A stretch of 64,000 bases of DNA from an uncultured Candidatus Sumerlaeota bacterium (GCA_964598765.1 CAZRCZ010000001.1:342327-406326), one strand, 5' to 3'; shown: positions 38,630 to 48,317, counted from the first letter of the stretch. Made by a program: numbers and translations. The notes: generated by a model not told the origin, from the sequence alone.

Positions 38630-39946
38630 TTAATCCCCGCGATGATGATTTTTCAATTCCTGCATCGAAAGATGAAGGAGCCGTTGTTTGAGGCGGTGTT
38701 GCGCGGCGCGGATTTTTTCGCGGGACGATTCGGACAGATCGCGTTCCATGTCCGTTTGGATTTCGTCAAAAACCTCGTCGAAATGTTTTTTCAAACGCTC
38801 CAGCGCCGGGGCGAGCGAAACCGCCTGAAGCTTGGATCGAAATTTTTCGATCTCCTGCTCGATTAACTCCCACGCTTTCTGCGCGGCGGCGGTCCGTTTG
38901 GCTCGATTCTCGGCGATGATTCCTTCGAGATGGCTGATGTCCAAGAGCGTGACGCCGGGGATGGATCCGATGGCGTGGTCCAGAATGCGCGGGACCGCCG
39001 CGTCAATGAGGCAGACCCGGCGATTTTCGGACCCGGGACCGCGAAGGCTCTCGAACATCGCGCGCGTGACAAGAAAATTCGGCGCGAAAGCCGCGCCGAG
39101 AATCAGATCGGCCTGACGGATCGCGGGAGCCATTTGCGGAATCGGCACGATTTCGGCGTTCAGTCCGCGCGCGACCTCCTGAGCCTTTTCCACCGTGCGG
39201 TTCACGATCAGCAACTTGGCGGGACGACGCTCGGCGATGGCTTCGGCGGCGACGCGCCCGACTTTCCCCGCGCCGATGACGACGCAAACTTTTCCCTCGA
39301 ATGATCCAAGAATTTGCTCGGCGCGGAGCGTCGCGGCCTTGGCGACGGAAAGCGTGCCGACGTTCAAATCGGTTTCGGTCCGGATGCGTTTGGAGCATCG
39401 GTTGGCCGCTTCGATGAGACGATGCAAGTTTGCTCCGGCCATGCCCGTCTGTTTGCTCATTTCATACGCCTGCCCGACCTGCGATTTGATCTCGTTTTCG
39501 CCGAGGATCATCGAATCCAATCCGGCCTCGACCGCGAAGAAATGGCGGACGGCTTCGAGGTCTTCATAATTGTAGAGCGGCGGAACGTGATCCGGCTCCA
39601 ATTTCCCTCCAGCGAGCGAGAGAAAAAATTCGCGCAAGGTTTCGATGAAATTTTCCTCCAGCGGACTATAGACGTAAATTTCGGTTCGATTGCAGGTCGA
39701 AAGAACCAAGGCCTCCCCGGCGAGTCCCTCGTTCCGCAGGCGTTCCAGCGTTTGTAGGCATCGTTCCGGCGCGAGCGCGAATTTCTCGCGGACGCCGATG
39801 GCCGCGCGATCTTGGTTCACGCCGCACACAAAAAGGGTCGAGGTGGATGTGGTCGGGACGGAGTGTGTCTCTCGATCCTTCACGCGCAAATCCTCTCCCT
39901 CGCCCGGCTGTATGGACTTCGCGGAATGTTGAGTCGGTCGGGATCT
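38630..39946 (-). CDS. hemA: Glutamyl-tRNA reductase
   Basis: [20 protein letters not shown]...[14 protein letters not shown] and NADPH-binding domain. ATG 39946 overlaps stop of upstream hemY-like gene (ATGA). Confidence 0.9.
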   Translation of the reverse strand, partial: RSRPTQHSAKSIQPGEGEDLRVKDRETHSVPTTSTSTLFVCGVNQDRAAIGVREKFALAPERCLQTLERLRNEGLAGEALVLSTCNRTEIYVYSPLEENFIETLREFFLSLAGGKLEPDHVPPLYNYEDLEAVRHFFAVEAGLDSMILGENEIKSQVGQAYEMSKQTGMAGANLHRLIEAANRCSKRIRTETDLNVGTLSVAKAATLRAEQILGSFEGKVCVVIGAGKVGRVAAEAIAERRPAKLLIVNRTVEKAQEVARGLNAEIVPIPQMAPAIRQADLILGAAFAPNFLVTRAMFESLRGPGSENRRVCLIDAAVPRILDHAIGSIPGVTLLDISHLEGIIAENRAKRTAAAQKAWELIEQEIEKFRSKLQAVSLAPALERLKKHFDEVFDEIQTDMERDLSESSREKIRAAQHRLKQRLLHLSMQELKNHHRGD

Positions 39947-41394
39947 CATGAAGGTCTGCCCGCCACAACGCTGATTTTTTGCGCCTGCGTCCGCGCTAAT
40001 TCGATGCGGTCGTTGATCGAGACGCCTTGCCGCCAGTTGCCGAAAAAATGAAGCCCCGGATGGCGGCGCTCCACGCCTTCGATCAACGCTTCCACCTCGA
40101 AATAATCCATTCCATATCGCGGAATGGCCCGGTTCCATCGCTCGATGTGGATCGCCTTTGCCTTGCCGTTCCAGTCGAGCGCGAATCCGAGATCATGACG
40201 GACCACCTTGAGTATTTCTTCGTCGCTGAGGTTGATCGCGGAAGGATCGAGATCGCCGCCGAGCATGACCGTCAGCGCGGCGCAACCGGCGGGCGCGCGT
40301 CCGGGAAAGATGTTGGAATTGAAAATCGTTCCCAGAATCCGCAATCCCTGATCGCGGGCGACAAGAAATCCGAATCCGGAGGGAATTTTCAGATCGCCGA
40401 CCTCAACGCCAAGGCCGACGCAAATCAGGGGGCAATAGGGAATGGCCTTTAATCGCGACGCCAATTCCGGCTCGAAATGTTCGATCAGCTTCCCGGCCGA
40501 TTGCGTTTCGGAGCTAAGGATGACTAGCTTCGCCCGAAACACTGTTTCTTTTCCCCGCAGTCGGCCCGTGATTTGAAAACCACCGGAATCCGATCCGGCC
40601 ATGATTTCGCAAACCTCCGCTTCCGGTCGGTAGGAGTCTCCGAGAAAATCCGCAAGGGAGTCGGTCAATTGCGCAATACCCTTTTGGAATGAAACGAGAT
40701 GAGTTTCCTTGGATGAGGCGCCGTCTTTCGAGGTAGCGCGTTGCGTCTTCATTCGACTAAAGAAACCCCGGATCACGCTTCGGTGATCAGCCTCAAATTC
40801 CTTCAAGGTTGGGAACGAAGCGCGCGCGCTCATCTGCGCCGGATCGCCTGCCCAAATCCCCTGAACCATCGGCAGGAATGCTCGATGATAAATTTCCTTT
40901 CCCAACCGGCGCACGACGAAATCCTTGAGCGTTTCATCGGCGTCCACGGGGGAAATCCAAGCTTCGCGGGCGAGGCGACACTTTGCTCCAAACGAAAGCA
41001 AGGAGGAGCGGATCAAACTCAGTGGACCCGTCGGAACAATGTGAAGACGGTTGTCGCGCCAAATGTAGCGGTTCTGCGATTTCAGAGGCGCGCGAACCGT
41101 TTGATCTTCCATCCCGGCCAAGTTGAGCAGTTCGTTAAACGCCGCGGATTTGTCCAGAATCGTATTGGGGCCCCGCTCAAAGAGAAATCCGTCCGCTTCA
41201 ATCGAACCGATGACCCCGCCCGGGTGATCGGATTTTTCGAGAACCAAGACGGCCATGCCCGATTTCTTCAGCCATGCGGCGAGAGACAGACCGGAAATTC
41301 CGCCGCCGACGATCATGACGGGTTCATTCGCCGGCGCGGAATCTTCAGGCCGGGGTCTTTGCGAAGAAGAAGAGGTTGCCATCGCCGTCGCCAC
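39946..41394 (-). CDS. hemY: FAD-dependent protoporphyrinogen/coproporphyrinogen oxidase (HemY family)
   Basis: N-terminal FAD-binding VMIVGGGISGLSLAAWL and amine-oxidase-like fold in a heme operon; cannot distinguish PgoX from CgoX by eye. Confidence 0.75.
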   Translation of the reverse strand: MATAMATSSSSQRPRPEDSAPANEPVMIVGGGISGLSLAAWLKKSGMAVLVLEKSDHPGGVIGSIEADGFLFERGPNTILDKSAAFNELLNLAGMEDQTVRAPLKSQNRYIWRDNRLHIVPTGPLSLIRSSLLSFGAKCRLAREAWISPVDADETLKDFVVRRLGKEIYHRAFLPMVQGIWAGDPAQMSARASFPTLKEFEADHRSVIRGFFSRMKTQRATSKDGASSKETHLVSFQKGIAQLTDSLADFLGDSYRPEAEVCEIMAGSDSGGFQITGRLRGKETVFRAKLVILSSETQSAGKLIEHFEPELASRLKAIPYCPLICVGLGVEVGDLKIPSGFGFLVARDQGLRILGTIFNSNIFPGRAPAGCAALTVMLGGDLDPSAINLSDEEILKVVRHDLGFALDWNGKAKAIHIERWNRAIPRYGMDYFEVEALIEGVERRHPGLHFFGNWRQGVSINDRIELARTQAQKISVVAGRPS

Positions 41395-41404
41395 GTTTGA
41401 GTCC

Positions 41405-42820
41405 TCAGAGCGTCCGGGAATAAAGCGGCCGTTTGCTCGCCGCTTGTTGCCGTTTTAGATGCGCGTCAAAGAGCATCGCGACGTTGCGGACGAAAAGCCG
41501 CCCCATGAACGAAAGACGGATCGAATCGCGCTCATTGACGAGCAATTCATCGGCGATCATCGGCGCGAGCGACTGAAGTTCGTCCTCGAAGTAGCGATTG
41601 AAATCAATATGAAAATCCTCGCTGATGCGGAGTTTGTCAATGCGGTCCTTGCACATCAAATCGCCGATAACGCGACGGCGAATTTGATCGTCTTCGTTCA
41701 AGATCAGGCCGCGCTCGATTGGAAATCGCCCCGAGTCCAAAGATTCCGAATAGGCGGTCAGCTTCTTGACGTTCTGCGCGAACATCTCGCGGACCGAACT
41801 GATCGAAGAAACGCCCATCGCGATCAGATCGGTTCCTGCGCGCGTGGTGAAACCCATGAAATTGCGATGCAGGGTTCCTCCATTGAACGCCCGCGCAAGC
41901 TCGTCGTCGGGGAGAGCGAAGTGATCCATGCCGATATAACGATAACCCGCCTCGGTAAATCGGTCGTGCGCGGCGAGAAAAATTCTCAACTTCGCCTCGC
42001 CATCCGGCAAGGAGGCCGGATCGAGCGTCCGCTGATGCGCGAGTCGTTGCGGCAAAAAAGCAAAGTTGTAAAGCGCGATTCGGTCGGGGCGCGAGGTCAA
42101 AACTTTTTCGAGCGTCTCGGAAAAAGTTTCCTCCGTTTGATAGGGCAAGCCGTAAATCAAATCGTAGTTGATTCCGGAGAATCCGACCTCACGGGCGAGC
42201 CGCGTGATTGCGTCCGTTCGCTCGTAACTTTGGAGCCGATGGACAGCGCGTTGCGTCCGTTCGTTGAAATCCTGAACTCCCATCGAAAGGCGGTTGAATC
42301 CAAGTTGCGCCAGCGTCCGAATTTGCTCGTCGGTTGTGATCGGCGGATGAATCTCGATGGAATTTTCGCAGTCGGAGGCGAGATGAAACCGGTCCGCGAT
42401 CATGGCGTGGGTCCGCCGAATCTGGTCGCAATCCAAATAAGTCGGCGTTCCGCCTCCCCAATGAAATTGGACGACCGGCCGCGACGGATCATTGTGACGC
42501 GCGTGCAACTCAATCTCGCGCTCCAGCTTTTCCAAGTATGGATCGGAGACCTCGCGTCCCTTCGCGCTGATGATCACGTTGCACGCGCAAAACGTGCAGT
42601 GCTCCTCGCAGAAGGGAATATGCAGGTAGATGGAAAGGGGGCGTCCCTCCCAATCGGCCTTGACCCGATCCAGATGCCGCGCGAATTCCTCGTGGCCGAC
42701 CGATTCGTTCCACTCCGGTGCGGTCGGATAGGACGTGTAGCGCGGTCCGGCCAAATCGTATCGGCGGAGAAATTCCCGATCGAGATCGCGCAGGCGGCGC
42801 GTTTCGTTAACAGACGCCAT
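41405..42820 (-). CDS. hemN: Oxygen-independent coproporphyrinogen III oxidase-like radical SAM protein (HemN family)
   Basis: GPRYTSYPTAPEW, radical-SAM cluster motif HIPFCEEHCTFCACN, 471 aa. Confidence 0.85.
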   Translation of the reverse strand: MASVNETRRLRDLDREFLRRYDLAGPRYTSYPTAPEWNESVGHEEFARHLDRVKADWEGRPLSIYLHIPFCEEHCTFCACNVIISAKGREVSDPYLEKLEREIELHARHNDPSRPVVQFHWGGGTPTYLDCDQIRRTHAMIADRFHLASDCENSIEIHPPITTDEQIRTLAQLGFNRLSMGVQDFNERTQRAVHRLQSYERTDAITRLAREVGFSGINYDLIYGLPYQTEETFSETLEKVLTSRPDRIALYNFAFLPQRLAHQRTLDPASLPDGEAKLRIFLAAHDRFTEAGYRYIGMDHFALPDDELARAFNGGTLHRNFMGFTTRAGTDLIAMGVSSISSVREMFAQNVKKLTAYSESLDSGRFPIERGLILNEDDQIRRRVIGDLMCKDRIDKLRISEDFHIDFNRYFEDELQSLAPMIADELLVNERDSIRLSFMGRLFVRNVAMLFDAHLKRQQAASKRPLYSRTL

Positions 42821-43898
42821 AGCGTTTCACCGCCTCGACGAGCCTGCACGCATTTTCCACGGGCGTTTGGGGAAGAACGCCATGACCGAGATTGAAAACG
42901 TGTCCGGTGGCCGGAGGGAACTGCGCGAACAAATCACGGACCGCCAGTTCGACCGTGTCGGGATTGGTGTAGAGAACCAAAGGGTCGAGATTGCCTTGAA
43001 GCGACGCGCCTCCGTTGGGGCGCTGGCTTTCCAGATTGCGTTCCTCATCATTGACAATCGCGCGCGCAGAGGCGAGATCAAGTCGCCAATCAATGCTGAG
43101 GCAATCGGCTCCGATGCGGGCGAGCGACGGGAGGTAAGGCGCGCAACCGTTGACGTAAACGATTACCGGCGCGCCCAGTCCTCGGACCGATTCGATGATC
43201 CGGCGAATCCACTTTCCGGAAAATCGCTCGTAATCCGACTGCCGCAGGGCCGAACCCCACGTGTCGAAAATCTGAACGGCGTCGGCTCCGGCCTCGATCT
43301 GAATCCGAAGATACTGCGCCGCGACTTGGGTAATGCGCTCCAGAATTGAATCGAGCAGATTTGGTTTTTCCCAACGCAAGCGGAGGATGGATTCAAAATT
43401 GCGCGACATGACCCCTTCGATCCAATAGGCCGCGAGCGTCCACGGCGCGCCGACGAATCCGAGAATGGGGAAATCGCGTCCCGCGCGTTCGCGGACGGTT
43501 TGGATCGTCCGCGCGACCGGTTCCTCGGCGTCCAATGCGCGTCCGCGAAGATTCCGCAAATCTTCTTCGGAACGAATCGGGTTGAGAATCTGCGGACCGC
43601 GGTCGTCGAATTTGATCTTCGCTCCCGCCGACTCCAGCGGAATGAGGATGTCGTTGAAAATGATGATCGCGTCCGCATCGAGCGCTTCGACGGGTTGGAT
43701 CGAAACCTCCGTCGCCGCGCGAGGCGTCTTGCAAAGCGTCAGGAAATCGTATTCCTTTCGGACCTTCTGATATTGCGGCAAATAACGTCCCGCTTGCCGC
43801 ATCAACCAAACGGGAACGCGATCCACCGGTTTTCGCCGCAGTGCGTTGAGCAACCGCTCGCGCGGGGTGAGAACGGGTTTGGTTGGATTAAGATTCAT
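42807..43898 (-). CDS. hemE: Uroporphyrinogen decarboxylase
   Basis: RRKPVDRVPVWLMRQAGRYLPQY signature; start at ATG 43898 (MNLNPTK). Overlaps hemN start by 14 nt. Confidence 0.9.
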   Translation of the reverse strand: MNLNPTKPVLTPRERLLNALRRKPVDRVPVWLMRQAGRYLPQYQKVRKEYDFLTLCKTPRAATEVSIQPVEALDADAIIIFNDILIPLESAGAKIKFDDRGPQILNPIRSEEDLRNLRGRALDAEEPVARTIQTVRERAGRDFPILGFVGAPWTLAAYWIEGVMSRNFESILRLRWEKPNLLDSILERITQVAAQYLRIQIEAGADAVQIFDTWGSALRQSDYERFSGKWIRRIIESVRGLGAPVIVYVNGCAPYLPSLARIGADCLSIDWRLDLASARAIVNDEERNLESQRPNGGASLQGNLDPLVLYTNPDTVELAVRDLFAQFPPATGHVFNLGHGVLPQTPVENACRLVEAVKRYGVC

Positions 43899-44150
43899 GA
43901 TACGATCGCGGCCAAGGGAGAAGCGGGTCTGCCAAAAGCTCCTTCCCCCTAGGCACACACTTCCATCATGCCCGTCGCGCCGAATCGCGGTCAAGCGAGA
44001 AGGAACGAACGGCGATATCGCGGGAGTAATCATGGCGTTGAAAGCGGGCCTTTGACCGAAGCGCCTGCCTCACTCTCTACAACCTGTTCAAGAGTTGAAC
44101 TGAAACCGGGAAAACGCCAATATGATTTCGAGAAGCTCGCAAGACAAGGC

Positions 44151-44522
44151 ATGAAAGTTCTCAGTATTTGCATGGATACTTCAATCATCGGGGGGTCCGA
44201 CGAGGAGTTCGCCGAGGAAGGCCGCGCGTTACTCGAAAACGCCAAAGCCGGGGAGGCGAACTTGGTGGCTTCTGACCTTTAGCCGGAGGCACTTGCCAGA
44301 GCGCCTGTGGAAGTGAAATCCGTTTTCAACGCGTTGTCCGAAGAATGTCAAGAGCGGGTTCTCGCCGACGTCCAATCCGAGCCTCTGAAGGACCAATTTG
44401 CGGTGGTGGGCGTTCTCGAACCTGTTTCCAAACAGGACGCGCATCACGTCGCGCTGTCGACCGCTTCCGATTGCGCTGTGATCGTAAGTTGGAATTTCAA
44501 ACACATTGTGAATTTTAGGTAA
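44151..44522 (+). pseudogene. PIN-domain (VapC-like) gene interrupted by an in-frame TAG at 44280-44282
   Basis: ORF-track entries 43968-44282 and 44307-44522 are in the same frame, separated by one amber codon. Joined product ~123 aa with MKVLSICMDTSIIGG N-terminus, QDAHHVALSTASDCAVIVSWNFKHIV C-terminus, resembling PIN nucleases. Confidence 0.5.
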
Positions 44523-44601
44523 ATTCCGACGTATAATGCCGTCAACATCCTGAGGGGATATTTGGACGGTCCAATGTTTTCTCCTTTGGAGGTTGTAACT
44601 G

Positions 44602-44835
44602 ATGCCAAACAGGTCCAAGAGATTCGACTGCGTAGGGATGAATTGTCAAGGCGCAGACAAGATTCGCCGCGCGATCAGAGGAATGAACCAGAACGAAGAG
44701 TTGGTCTATCGGTCGCAGGGAACGGCGCGATTGCTGGAACAGCAGGCGTCAATTCGGCGGACGATGGGAAACGCTCCGAACGGAAGAAAGCCCAGTGGAA
44801 GGATTGGAGTTCGAGTTGAAGGCATCGGGAATTAG
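44602..44835 (+). CDS. Hypothetical small protein
   Basis: 77-aa ORF with GGAGG 9 nt upstream of ATG; no recognisable family. Confidence 0.25.
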   Translation: MPNRSKRFDCVGMNCQGADKIRRAIRGMNQNEELVYRSQGTARLLEQQASIRRTMGNAPNGRKPSGRIGVRVEGIGN

Positions 44836-44908
44836 GTTGGAGGTCGCTTCCTGCGCACTTGAGGATTTATTTGGGGTAAATCCCTTCGATGACTTTACGG
44901 CGATAGAG

Positions 44909-45289
44909 ATGAGTTGGATTACGACAGATAAAAAGGCGATTCGCGGTTTTCTCTACGGAAGCGTGGTCATTTCCATGCTGACCCCCAAAATCCTCTTGGC
45001 TTTGGGAGCGGAACCGTTGAAAATCGGATGGATTGTCGGTTTCTCGGTCATGGTTTACCCGTTCTTGTGCCTTGTAGTTGGGGGTTGCCTCTTGCTAAAC
45101 CGACCCGCAGAAATTCTTATATCGAAGTTCGGCTCCGGAAAATTTAGGGGCGGAGTAATTCTGCTGGTCAAGATGATGCAAGGCGCGATGGCCGCCGCAC
45201 TGATGCTCATTGTCGGGTTGATCGCTATTATTATTTTGGGATTTGCTGTGGAGGTGTTGCGTGGAACTATAAGGGGATCGCCGAATTGA
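44909..45289 (+). CDS. Small polytopic membrane protein, paralog A
   Basis: 126 aa from ATG 44909 (MSWITTDKKAIRGF...); 3-4 hydrophobic helices; paralogous to 45327-45707. Confidence 0.5.
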   Translation: MSWITTDKKAIRGFLYGSVVISMLTPKILLALGAEPLKIGWIVGFSVMVYPFLCLVVGGCLLLNRPAEILISKFGSGKFRGGVILLVKMMQGAMAAALMLIVGLIAIIILGFAVEVLRGTIRGSPN

Positions 45290-45326
45290 TGCCTCGACGC
45301 GGAGATATCGTGGGTGTCGCGAGAAC

Positions 45327-45707
45327 ATGAGTTGGATTTCCACTCGCAAAAAAGGAATCCGTGCTCTGTTCTGGGTTTCTTACCTCCTTTGCATTCTGGC
45401 CTTCTTACTTGGACCCATCAAATTGCCGTTCGATCCGGCGTGGTCTTCCCTTTTGCTCGTTATATCCATCTTTTGCGTCGTGTCTTTGTGGCTGTTGATG
45501 GTCTATGAAACGCTTTCACTCAAAATAATCCGGTGGCTCGGACCGGGGAAACCCGGCGAGAAAACGAATTGGGCGAAGAAAGCCGCTCTACAGCTATTGC
45601 TTTTGTTGTCTACTCTCGTGATCGGAATCACGTTGCCGACAATGGTAGTGATTTGTCTGTCTCTGATCTTCTTCTATGCCTCGCGAAAATTGGTAGGCTT
45701 GTTCTAG
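45327..45707 (+). CDS. Small polytopic membrane protein, paralog B
   Basis: 126 aa (MSWISTRKKGIRALF...), same length and N-terminal motif as paralog A; similar nucleotides upstream of both start codons. Confidence 0.5.
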   Translation: MSWISTRKKGIRALFWVSYLLCILAFLLGPIKLPFDPAWSSLLLVISIFCVVSLWLLMVYETLSLKIIRWLGPGKPGEKTNWAKKAALQLLLLLSTLVIGITLPTMVVICLSLIFFYASRKLVGLF

Positions 45708-45730
45708 CCGTTGACGGTAAAATCGCCTTA

Positions 45731-46876
45731 ATGAAGGGATCCTTGCAAGAACTCGCTCTCGGTTCCATCCGCGATCCTGAAATTGATCCGCTCCTCAAAC
45801 GTGCGGTTGCGGGCAGGCGTCTCTGCGACGCCGAGGCCGAGCGGCTTTTTGAGAGCCATGATCTCTTGGCAATCGGTCGCGCGGCACACGCCGTCCGGAT
45901 GCATAAGCATCCCGAACCGGTCGTCACCTTTAACGTTGACCGCAACATCAATTACACGAACATCTGTGAAATTGATTGCTCGTTTTGCGCATTCTATCGC
46001 AAAGAGGGAAACAGCGACGCCTACGTTCTGACGCGCGAGCAATTCCGCCAAAAGATCCACGAATTGATCGAGGCGGGAGGAAATCAAATCCTCATGCAGG
46101 GGGGATTGCATCCCGATCTGCCGTTCGAGTGGTATGAGGATCTTCTGCGCTGGTTGCGAACCGAATTTCCGATGATCCATCTCCATTGCTTTTCGCCGAC
46201 GGAGATTTCGTTTTTCCGCGACAAATTTGGTCTCTCGCTTGAGGAGATCATTTCGCGGCTGATGAAGGCGGGGCTTCATTCGATCCCCGGCGGCGGGGCT
46301 GAAATTTTGAGCGACCGCATCCGCGACAAAATCTCCCCCGAAAAAACCTCCGCCGACGATTGGCTGGAGGTCATGCGCGTCGCGCATCGGCTCGGTCTGC
46401 GCACCAGCGCAACGATGATGTTCGGCATCATTGAATCTTACGCCGACCGCGTCGAGCACCTGCGGAGACTGCGCGATCTGCAGGACGAAACGGGAGGCTT
46501 CACCGCGTTCATCGCTTGGACGTTCCAGCCAAAAAACACCCCCTACAAGGACCGCTTCTGCGGCGCGTTCGAGTATCTGAAAACCGTCGCCATTGCGCGG
46601 CTCTATCTCGACAACTTCGAGAATCTTCAGGCGAGTTGGGTGACGCAGGGGGAGAAAATCGCCCAGCTTTCGCTTCTGTTCGGCGTCAACGACTTGGGAT
46701 CGCTCATGCTGGAGGAAAACGTCGTCCGCGCCGCAGGAACCAACTTTATGCTGACCAAAACCGACCTCAAGGCGATGGCCGAGGAACTCGGCTTTGAACT
46801 CCGCCAGCGCAATTTCTTTTACCAGCCGTTCACCCCTCCGGCGCGTCCGATTGCCGATCCGGTATTGGCGGCGTAA
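45731..46876 (+). CDS. Radical SAM protein of the MqnC/MqnE (futalosine-pathway menaquinone biosynthesis) family
   Basis: CEIDCSFCAFYR radical-SAM cluster motif and overall similarity to MqnC/MqnE/CofH-type enzymes; subfamily not resolved. ATG at 45731. Confidence 0.65.
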   Translation: MKGSLQELALGSIRDPEIDPLLKRAVAGRRLCDAEAERLFESHDLLAIGRAAHAVRMHKHPEPVVTFNVDRNINYTNICEIDCSFCAFYRKEGNSDAYVLTREQFRQKIHELIEAGGNQILMQGGLHPDLPFEWYEDLLRWLRTEFPMIHLHCFSPTEISFFRDKFGLSLEEIISRLMKAGLHSIPGGGAEILSDRIRDKISPEKTSADDWLEVMRVAHRLGLRTSATMMFGIIESYADRVEHLRRLRDLQDETGGFTAFIAWTFQPKNTPYKDRFCGAFEYLKTVAIARLYLDNFENLQASWVTQGEKIAQLSLLFGVNDLGSLMLEENVVRAAGTNFMLTKTDLKAMAEELGFELRQRNFFYQPFTPPARPIADPVLAA

Positions 46877-46882
46877 TTAAAA

Positions 46883-46957
46883 TTCACCACAGAGACACAG
46901 AGAGGGTGAAAAAATGCGGACTCGCACTTTTCTACTTCTCTGTGTCTGCGTGGTGAA
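46883..46957. repeat. Imperfect palindrome of tandem CACAGAG heptamers (between convergent genes)
   Basis: Arms ttcaccacagagacacagagagg and cttctctgtgtctgcgtggtgaa; loop ~29 nt; sits between the mqn-like stop and the GT4 stop. Confidence 0.85.
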
Positions 46958-46958
46958 C

Positions 46959-48140
46959 TCATTCCGGCCAAGGGATGTTCTTATCGGCGAATAATCGCCG
47001 ATAGACTTTTTTTTGCTTCTCGATCACCATTTCCTCGCTGAAAAATTCCTCGGCGCGGCGTCTTCCGGCTTCGCCCACTTTTTTTCTCAGATCGGGGGAG
47101 GCGAGAAGCTCGGCCAAGGCGTCGGCCAGCGCGTCGGCGTCGCGCGGCGGGATGAGCCGTCCGGTCCGGCTGTCCACGACCTCCTCCCGGCAACCGCGAA
47201 TGTCGGACGCGATCACCGGCAATCCGCTGGCCATCGCCTCCAGAATCGAGCGCGGCATACCCTCGCGCCAAGAGGGAAGAACGAACAGGTCGCTTGCGGC
47301 CAGCAGACGCGGAACGTCACGGCGCAATCCCGCGAAAATGACGCAATCGGCCAGATGGAATTCGTTGACCTTGGCGTGGATTTCTTCAGCCGAACGGTCA
47401 TGTTCGCTCGGCAATGCCTCGCCTATGACGACGGCGCGCGCGTTGGGGAAGCGTTCTCGAATTTTTGCCCACGCCTTCAAAAATTCCAGATACCCCTTCT
47501 CCCGCACGAGCCGCCCCATCATCGTCACGACGGGACCTTCGCCGGGTTTGATTCCCAATCCGGCGCGAACCTCGGCGCGCTCGTCCACGCGCAAAAGATC
47601 GGGACGGAATTTTTGGAGGTCAACCCCGTTGCCGATGGTCATGGCGCGGTCGAGCGGCGCGATCTTGCAGGCGACGGCGGTTTGCAGGTCTTCCTCGCTC
47701 TGCGAAAAAAGAAAGTCGGCTTTGCGTTGCGCCCAACGCTCCAGCGCGATGTAAACCGCGCGGACGAGCGGACTCATCCGGTCATGAAAATAAAATCCGT
47801 GCGCAGTGTAAAGGACGAGCGGGACGCCGGAGCGTCGCGCCGCCGGACGCCCCAGCAACGCCGCGACCGGCGTGTGAACGTGAACGACCGTGTAATCCGC
47901 CGTCTTGAACAACTTGCGAAGCCCGCGATAACCTTGGATTAGTTTCAGCGGATTTTTGCTCCGGGAGATCGGCACGGCGCGGACGGGGAATCCCTCGGCC
48001 TGAATCGCCGGAACAAAAACCCCGGGCGCGCAGGCCAACTCGACTTCAAATCCCCATTCCCTCTGCGCGCGCATCAGGGGCAGGAGAAAATGATAAGCCG
48101 TGAAATCCACGGCGCAGAGCTGGAGGACGCGGGGTTTCAT
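46959..48140 (-). CDS. Glycosyltransferase family 4 (GT-B fold)
   Basis: 393-aa; GT4 C-terminal signature (GLPVIASDIRGCREEVVDSRTGRLIPP). Confidence 0.8.
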   Translation of the reverse strand: MKPRVLQLCAVDFTAYHFLLPLMRAQREWGFEVELACAPGVFVPAIQAEGFPVRAVPISRSKNPLKLIQGYRGLRKLFKTADYTVVHVHTPVAALLGRPAARRSGVPLVLYTAHGFYFHDRMSPLVRAVYIALERWAQRKADFLFSQSEEDLQTAVACKIAPLDRAMTIGNGVDLQKFRPDLLRVDERAEVRAGLGIKPGEGPVVTMMGRLVREKGYLEFLKAWAKIRERFPNARAVVIGEALPSEHDRSAEEIHAKVNEFHLADCVIFAGLRRDVPRLLAASDLFVLPSWREGMPRSILEAMASGLPVIASDIRGCREEVVDSRTGRLIPPRDADALADALAELLASPDLRKKVGEAGRRRAEEFFSEEMVIEKQKKVYRRLFADKNIPWPE

Positions 48141-48187
48141 GCGGGAGCGAGCAACTCAGAGCGGCGTGGCTTCATGCAACGTGATTT

Positions 48188-48281
48188 AACGCAGAGGCGC
48201 GGAGGACGCAGAGATTGAATGAAGGTCTTGTCTCAATTTGAAATACTCTGCGTTTCTCCGCGTTCTCTGCGCCTCTGCGTT
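48188..48281. repeat. Imperfect palindrome of tandem CGCAGAG units
   Basis: Arms aacgcagaggcgcggaggacgcagag and ctctgcgtttctccgcgttctctgcgcctctgcgtt; between MaoC-like stop and GT4 start. Confidence 0.85.
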
Positions 48282-48317
48282 GATTGTCCCTTTCAAATAT
48301 TTTACCGCCAAGATGAT

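Noticed and set aside
38630-40138. hemA as a 502-aa protein
   Set aside because: The N-terminal 64 residues overlap the upstream gene in another frame; ATG 39946 gives a normal-length HemA with ATGA coupling.
43968-44282. Separate 104-aa gene ahead of the PIN-like ORF
   Set aside because: Same frame as 44307-44522 and separated by a single TAG; the upstream part of its translation is not protein-like, so it is treated as the 5' portion of one interrupted PIN gene starting at ATG 44151.
44602-44835. Heavy-metal-associated (CopZ-like) domain in the small ORF (CVGMNC)
   Set aside because: The motif lacks the canonical MxCxxC spacing; similarity is too weak to call.
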